Part shown: positions 58,497 to 64,000 of the stretch, piece by piece
Layout: each line of letters begins with the position of its first letter
Numbering within the stretch: position 1 is the stretch's first letter
NCBI GenBank assembly: GCA_963790475.1
Contig: CAWBOS010000010.1
Location: forward strand, 448,001 to 512,000
Direction of reading: 5' to 3'
DNA length: 64,000 nt
Origin: an uncultured delta proteobacterium
GTDB lineage: Bacteria; Desulfobacterota; RBG-13-43-22
Translations under genes and position numbers: made by a program
Notes under the pieces: generated by a model
What the model was told of the DNA's origin: nothing
What the model saw: only the letters and a program-made list of their open reading frames with translations
Databases searched by the model: none

Positions 58497-58591
58497 AACT
58501 TTAAGGTATAAGGTATTCGGCCTGATTATAAATTATACGATTATAAAAAAATTTTCAAATAAAAACAATCTACAACTTCACCGGTTTATCA

Positions 58592-59428
58592 TTATTCTTT
58601 ATTCTGTCTGAGCAGTGCATCCCCTAATTCCCTGGACCTCCGGGTGGCGGCCTCGACCGCATCCATCAAAGTGCCGTGAAGACCGGCCTTTTCCAGAACA
58701 TGAAGACCATAAATAGTGGTCCCACCCGGGGAGGTGACCATTTCCTTGAGTTGGCTGAGGGGCCAATCCATTTTGCGGGCCATTTGACTTGCCCCCCAGA
58801 CTGTCTGGATGGCCAATTTTTGGGCGATTGAACGGGCCAAGCCCATTTTCACCCCGCCCTCGGTCAGCCCTTCTAAAATATGAAAGACATAAGCCGGTCC
58901 GCTTCCGGAGAGTCCGGTTACGGCATCCAGTTGATTCTCTTCCACCCGTACTGTTTCTCCGATGGCTTTAAACAAAGATTCGGCTAAATCAAAATCTTTT
59001 TCATCAGCAACGGCATTCTTAGATAAAGCGCTGATGCCTGATAAAACCAGGGCCGGGGTGTTGGGCATGACCCGGATGATTTTAGGGGTCTTGGAAAAGA
59101 ATCCGCTCAGATAAGATATGGGTACCCCGGCCGCGATGGAAATAAGGATTTTTTCCGGTGACCAGACGGGGGCCAGGATGGATAAAGCCTTGTCGATGTT
59201 TTGCGGTTTCACCGCCAGGATAACCGCCCGGGAAGATCGGATGACCAGGGGGGTGTCAAGGACGGCCTTAACCCCGTAGGTTTTCTTGAGGTGGGAGAGA
59301 CGTTCTTCGATAATATCAGAGACCCAACAGTCGGAGGGGACAACAGTTTTACTACCCAAAAGACCCTTGATCAGGGCCTCGGCCATGTTACCGCCACCGA
59401 TAAAACCCAAAGAAATTTTCAGTTTCAT
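58592..59428 (-). CDS. proC: Pyrroline-5-carboxylate reductase
   Basis: FIGGGNMAEA, LAVKPQ, RVMPNTP, LSGSGPAY, VTSPGGTT. Confidence 0.95.
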   Translation of the reverse strand: MKLKISLGFIGGGNMAEALIKGLLGSKTVVPSDCWVSDIIEERLSHLKKTYGVKAVLDTPLVIRSSRAVILAVKPQNIDKALSILAPVWSPEKILISIAAGVPISYLSGFFSKTPKIIRVMPNTPALVLSGISALSKNAVADEKDFDLAESLFKAIGETVRVEENQLDAVTGLSGSGPAYVFHILEGLTEGGVKMGLARSIAQKLAIQTVWGASQMARKMDWPLSQLKEMVTSPGGTTIYGLHVLEKAGLHGTLMDAVEAATRRSRELGDALLRQNKE

Positions 59429-59459
59429 TTATCAAACCTCCATATTAAATTATATTCGT

Positions 59460-59600
59460 CACAGAACCACAAGGACAAAACTGGACAAAAACGTATCTCT
59501 CACAGAGCCCACAGAGCCACAGAGGCAACCTAATGTATTGATTGCCGGTGAGAGGCTGGCAATCAATAACCAGCCTGTTGCCTGTTGGCAAACCCGGTTT
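59460..59600 (+). repeat. Family A variant, left portion
   Basis: Closely similar to 62834-62978. Confidence 0.75.
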
Positions 59601-59639
59601 TAAATGATCGTATCAAATTAACTCCTTAAAAAAAATATT

Positions 59640-59829
59640 TTCACCGCAAAGGCTCAGAGGGCGCAAAGAAGAAAATTTCTCCATTGCCGGTGAGAGGCCG
59701 GCAATGGAGAAGCTTGGCTACCCTCCGGTTAATTATTTGGCCGGAGGCCTGAACTGCTTTTTCAATCCCGCTTCTCACGGGATTGAAAAAAAATGATTTT
59801 CTCGGCGTGCTTTGCGGCTTTGCGGTGAA
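59640..59829 (+). repeat. Family A element, full copy (190 bp)
   Basis: TTCACCGCAAAG...GCGGTGAA; hairpin TTCTCCATTGCCGG-TGAGAGG-CCGGCAATGGAGAA. Confidence 0.85.
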
Positions 59830-59856
59830 AAAAACTCTCTTTTCGGTATTTTCGTT

Positions 59857-60939
59857 CTAGTGGTCTATCAAAAATTCTTTTTTATATATGTCAAACAGGG
59901 TCATCAAAAAAGAAAGGACGACAGGTCCCAGAATAAATCCAAGAAATCCGAAGTAGAGTAACCCGCCAAGCACACTTAGAAAAGTGAGCAAGGGGTGCAG
60001 ATTGGCTGCCCCTTTAAGCAGTATGGGGCGAAGGACGTTATCGGCTCCGGAAATAATCAAAGCTCCCCAAAGGGCCAGCCCCAGGGCCATCCAGAAGGAA
60101 GAAGTGAAAGCCAGATAAAGGGCGGCCGGGATCCAAATGATGCTCGTTCCTACCAGGGGGATGACCGAACTAAAGACCATACAGACTCCCCAAAAAGCGG
60201 CCGAAGGGATATTGAAAATCCAGAAACCGATTCCTCCCAATAATCCTTGGGTCAAGGCCACAATGATGGATCCCTTAAGAGTGGCCTTGACGGTTTTTTC
60301 CAATTGAAGAATTATCCGGTCATGATGGGAGACTTCCAGAGGGCTGAAGACTCTTATTTCATGTAGAAATTTTTCACCATCGATCAACAGGAAAAAGCTG
60401 ATGAACAGGACAATAATCAAATCAAACAGGGTTCCGGCCAACCCTCTGGCCAGAGCGGTCATTTCCGTATAAATGAATTCCGAAAAGGAGGTCAGAAATC
60501 TTCCCGCATATTCCTCAAGACTCAGTGTTTGAATATTGATCTGCCAACGATCAAAAAAAAGATTGAAATAGACTAATTTGAGATCGATTGCTTTTTTAAT
60601 GGTTCCGTCCTGGAGACCTTTGGATATTTGTTGGTACAAATCCAGGGATTGGCCGGTGATGACACCGGACAATAAGGAAATGGGAATAAGAAAAGCCAAC
60701 ATCATAATAAAGATAGTCACTAAAGCCGAGAGGATTTTCCAGCCTCTAAAAAGCTTAAGAAATTTTTTGTATAGTGGATAAAAGACCATGGCGATCACAG
60801 TGGCGACAAAAAGGTCGGTCAGGAAAGGATGGATTACCAGATAGAAAAGGTAAAGGACCCCGATGAGAAAAGCCAGGAAGACGTAATTGGAAAAAGGGGT
60901 TCGGGAATCCTCATTTTTTTTAAAATAGGGTTGGGCCAT
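59857..60939 (-). CDS. AI-2E family transporter
   Basis: FFLLIDG, ALTQG, IPLVGT, DNVLRP, GFILGP. Confidence 0.88.
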   Translation of the reverse strand: MAQPYFKKNEDSRTPFSNYVFLAFLIGVLYLFYLVIHPFLTDLFVATVIAMVFYPLYKKFLKLFRGWKILSALVTIFIMMLAFLIPISLLSGVITGQSLDLYQQISKGLQDGTIKKAIDLKLVYFNLFFDRWQINIQTLSLEEYAGRFLTSFSEFIYTEMTALARGLAGTLFDLIIVLFISFFLLIDGEKFLHEIRVFSPLEVSHHDRIILQLEKTVKATLKGSIIVALTQGLLGGIGFWIFNIPSAAFWGVCMVFSSVIPLVGTSIIWIPAALYLAFTSSFWMALGLALWGALIISGADNVLRPILLKGAANLHPLLTFLSVLGGLLYFGFLGFILGPVVLSFLMTLFDIYKKEFLIDH

Positions 60940-61143
60940 AGGATTACTTTTTAATGGTTATTATAATCCTTTATAGCTTATTCAAACCTTCTATTGCAAC
61001 CAGAAATATGGATTCTTAAGCATGAATCAGTGAACTCATGCAACTATTGAGAATTTCTCGCTTTTGGTGGAAACAAGCTATGAGCGTCCTATTTAATTCA
61101 GGGAGGGTGGAAAAATGTTATTAGATGACTTATAGTAAATCCC

Positions 61144-62187
61144 ATGAACCCTGTATTTCATCCCCAATTGGTTAACGGCCCGCTGGGAGACCCGGTCCTT
61201 TATATAGACATGAAATTTGCTCATCGGGCTATCCTGTTCGATCTTGGGGAAATCCGCTCCTTGACGCCGCGCAAAATCTTAAAGACTTCCCATGTCTTTA
61301 TCTCCCATACTCATATGGATCATTTTATCGGATTTGACCATCTTCTTCGGATCTGTTTGGGCAGACCCAAGGTGGTGAACTTGTATGGTCCACCAAATTT
61401 TTTGGATCAGGTGAAGAATAAAATCTCGGCCTATACCTGGAATCTGGTCGAAAATTATTCCGATTCTCTGGATCTGATAGTGCATGAGGTCCATCCTGAT
61501 CGAGTAATAAAAGCCCGATTAAGGTCTTCCGCGGGCTTCAAAATGGAACCTGACCTGGAGGTCAAATCTTTTAACGGGATTCTTCATGAAGAAATGTCTT
61601 TTCTCGTCCGGGCCGTTTTATTAGACCATAAAATTCCTTGCTTGGCCTTTGCCTTGGAAGAGAAATTTCATCTTAATATCATGAAGACTGAACTGGATAA
61701 AATGGGCCTGGTCAAAGGACCTTGGTTGCGGTATTTAAAGGAAGCCGTCTGGAGAGGGGAAAACCAAAAATTTCCTATTCGGGCCTTCGGATATAGGGAT
61801 GGGAAGTTGGAGGAACGGTTGTTCCCCCTGGGAACCTTACAAAACCATATCCTTAAGATCACGCCCGGCCAGAAGATCGGCTATGTGGTGGATAGTATTT
61901 ATAACGAAGATACCCAAGAGGCCATTAAGACCCTGGTCTCAGGTGCCGATCATCTCTTCATCGAATCAGCCTTTTTGGAGGAAGAGGGCCAACGGGCAAA
62001 GGAGAAATATCATCTCACGGCCAGGCAGGCGGGGACTATTGCCCGCCTGGCCGGGGTGAAGCAGATGACCCCTTTTCATCTTTCCCCCAAATACAGCTTG
62101 GAACCAAATCAGGTTTTCAGGGAAGCTCACCAGGCCTTCGGGAAAACCTCCGAGAAGAAAAAGGTATCGATTGAGAACGGTTTTTGA
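61144..62187 (+). CDS. Ribonuclease Z-like MBL-fold hydrolase
   Basis: LFDLG, SHTHMDHFIG, LDHKIP, HLTARQAG, FHLSPKY. Confidence 0.82.
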   Translation: MNPVFHPQLVNGPLGDPVLYIDMKFAHRAILFDLGEIRSLTPRKILKTSHVFISHTHMDHFIGFDHLLRICLGRPKVVNLYGPPNFLDQVKNKISAYTWNLVENYSDSLDLIVHEVHPDRVIKARLRSSAGFKMEPDLEVKSFNGILHEEMSFLVRAVLLDHKIPCLAFALEEKFHLNIMKTELDKMGLVKGPWLRYLKEAVWRGENQKFPIRAFGYRDGKLEERLFPLGTLQNHILKITPGQKIGYVVDSIYNEDTQEAIKTLVSGADHLFIESAFLEEEGQRAKEKYHLTARQAGTIARLAGVKQMTPFHLSPKYSLEPNQVFREAHQAFGKTSEKKKVSIENGF

Positions 62188-62232
62188 TATATAAATACCG
62201 ACGAAAGATATTTGAAAACGGTGAAACAATAA

Positions 62233-62444
62233 TAGATTCCGGCTTTCACCGTAATGACGTCACTGGACTTTTACAAAAGACCTTTGTTGATGGACTCGTA
62301 AAAAATCGTCGCCCCGGCGAACCCCGGATCGGGTCCGGGGCAGGCGCCGGGGTCCAGGATCCTTATAACTTATTAAAGATACTGGATTCCGGCTTTCGCC
62401 GGAATGACCAAAATGAGGTTTCATCGACTTTTTACGTGGTTATC
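62233..62444. repeat. Family B half copy plus doublet in a MITE-like shell (62289-62444)
   Basis: GATGGACTCGTAAAAAAT...CTGGATTCCGGCTTTCGCCGGAATGAC...GACTTTTTACGTGGTTATC. Confidence 0.75.
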
Positions 62445-62467
62445 TTTGTTAAATTTGTTAAAAAGGA

Positions 62468-62821
62468 ATGAATATTAATATGGAAGAAGACCACCGTCCC
62501 TGGGGGTATTATCAGGTCCTGGCCGATGAACCCGATCATAAGGTTAAACGGATCATCGTTTATCCCGGGAAAAGACTGAGTCTCCAAAGACATCGTCTCC
62601 GGGAGGAACATTGGTATATCCTATCCGGCCAGGCCCTGGTAACCAGAAATCAGGATAAAATCTCTCTAAAAAAGGGGGGGGCTGTGGATATTCCTCAAGG
62701 AGCCATTCACCGGATTGAAAATATCGGTTCGGAAAACGTGTCCTTTATCGAGGTCCAATCCGGGGAATATTTTGGGGAAGACGATATTGAGCGGATCGAA
62801 GATGACTTTGGGCGGTTGTAA
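62468..62821 (+). CDS. Mannose-6-phosphate isomerase type II C-terminal cupin
   Basis: RPWGYY, RLSLQRH..REEHW, EVQSGEYFGEDDIER. Confidence 0.88.
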   Translation: MNINMEEDHRPWGYYQVLADEPDHKVKRIIVYPGKRLSLQRHRLREEHWYILSGQALVTRNQDKISLKKGGAVDIPQGAIHRIENIGSENVSFIEVQSGEYFGEDDIERIEDDFGRL

Positions 62822-62833
62822 TCCCTTCTTTTA

Positions 62834-62978
62834 GCCACAGACGCAGATGGACAAAAAGAGGACAAAAAGGGGTCTCTCACAGAGCCCACAGAGCCACAGA
62901 GGCAACCTAATGTATTGATTGCCGGTGACAGGCCGGCATTCAATAACCAGCCTGTCGCCTGGCGGCGAAAGGGGTTTA
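62834..62978 (+). repeat. Family A variant, left portion
   Basis: CTCTCACAGAGCCCACAGAGCCACAGAGGCAACCTAATGTATTGATTGCCGGTGACAGGCCGGCA. Confidence 0.75.
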
Positions 62979-63017
62979 TTAATGTCTGAAGGAATTGAAC
63001 GGGAAAAGGGAAAAGAT

Positions 63018-63554
63018 ATGGAAAAAGTTGATCCGGTTTATCTCAGGCCCACAGCGATTATTGACAGCGATCATCCCACCATAATTGAATTCGCACAAAA
63101 GGCTGCCGACGGCATCCAGGATCCTGTGGACCAAGCGATAAGCATCTATCTGGCCGTCAGGGACGGGATTCGTTACGATCCCTACAGTCCCTTTTATCGT
63201 CCGGAACACTATCGGGCCAGTAATGTCCTGAAAATCGGGCGGGGATATTGTGTCTGTAAGGCCTCTTTGTTGTGTGCCCTGGGCAGGAGTTTGGGAATTC
63301 CCTCCAGAGTTGGGTTTGCCACGGTCCGAAACCATCTGGCCACCAAGCAGTTATTGGAACGTCAGGGGTCGGACCTCTTCGTTTACCATGGATATACGGA
63401 ATTTCTCGGAACCTATGCCGATATTCCGGTCGAAATAATCGTGAGCGGCTGGGAAAAAGCCTACGGTCGGGAAAAGGTCCAGGCCTGGATTAGGGAGATG
63501 GAAGAAGCCCAAGGCAAAACGATCTGGAATTTTTACCAGGAAGATGTCGTTTAG
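63018..63554 (+). CDS. Transglutaminase-like protein (apparently internally deleted)
   Basis: VRDGIRYDPY, GYCVCKASLLCALGR..GIPSR, YHGYTE. Confidence 0.75.
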   Translation: MEKVDPVYLRPTAIIDSDHPTIIEFAQKAADGIQDPVDQAISIYLAVRDGIRYDPYSPFYRPEHYRASNVLKIGRGYCVCKASLLCALGRSLGIPSRVGFATVRNHLATKQLLERQGSDLFVYHGYTEFLGTYADIPVEIIVSGWEKAYGREKVQAWIREMEEAQGKTIWNFYQEDVV

Positions 63555-63567
63555 ATAACTATAAAAT

Positions 63568-63698
63568 GAGACCTTTGAAAAAGTCTCCTATTACGTCATA
63601 CCGGCGAAAGCCGGTATCCAGAACCAATTTAAAATACTGGATTCCGTGTCAAGCACGGAATGACGAAAAGGAAGTTGGCATAATAATTCAAAGGTCTC
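63568..63698. mobile_element. MITE with GAGACCTTTGAA terminal inverted repeats carrying a family B doublet
   Basis: Perfect 12-bp TIR; flanking AAAAT direct repeat (63563-63567 / 63699-63703). Confidence 0.75.
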
Positions 63699-63783
63699 AA
63701 AATGTTAACATGTTAGATGCTTCAAAAGAAATTTTTTTAAAACGCTAAACTGACATGAAAAATGGAGTTAAGGAGGAAAGATA

Positions 63784-64000
63784 TTGAAGAACCGATTGAT
63801 GCAAACTGAGTTTGATGACTTGAAACTAATCAACCGGGGAAAGGTTAGGGATATTTATGATCTGGGAGAACACCTTTTGATAGTAGCCACAGACCGGATT
63901 TCGGCCTTCGATGTGGTTATGCCCAATCCCATTCCGGGAAAGGGAATTATCCTCACCCAGATATCCAAATTTTGGTTCGGGATCATGGAATCTTTTATCC
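63784..64000 (+). CDS. purC: SAICAR synthetase (5' part)
   Basis: RBS AGGAGG, TTG start; RGKVRDIY...[24 protein letters not shown]. Confidence 0.93.
   Translation, partial: MKNRLMQTEFDDLKLINRGKVRDIYDLGEHLLIVATDRISAFDVVMPNPIPGKGIILTQISKFWFGIMESFI

Noticed and set aside
14444-62978. CRISPR array interpretation of the repeat families
   Set aside because: Copies are dispersed, not regularly spaced with unique spacers, and no cas genes are present.

Overview
About 64 kb of chromosome from an anaerobic bacterium, probably a deltaproteobacterium (Desulfobacterota); this is inferred from gene content, sigma54/PEP-CTERM usage and the pilin. The left edge carries an hgcA mercury-methylation gene missed by the ORF track (NVWCAAGK motif). 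It lies behind an ArsR regulator whose promoter is overlapped by a palindromic operator. Core genes include ilvB-ilvN-psd-pssA-leuACDB-asd-rsmD-coaD, an accA-accD fusion, gmhB, proC, the start of purC, tRNA-Arg(CCT) and tRNA-His(GTG). Accessory content includes an ORF-less group II intron, a caspase-like PEP-CTERM protein, an uncharacterised RibD/Zn-dehydrogenase/PTPS/GT4 operon, a decayed island next to tRNA-Arg, a toxin-antitoxin cluster between duplicated gmhB ends, and a GT-C/TPR glycosylation cluster beside an aromatic-rich type IV pilin. Four intergenic repeat families are visible. Family D is a multi-box site with conserved spacing (core TTCAATCGATAATCGTT) that brackets accessory genes like cassette boundaries and is the intron's target. 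Family A is a ~190 bp structured element whose ends bracket a GxxExxY nuclease gene. D and A are the best candidates for undescribed systems. All alignments were done by eye; no database searches were run.
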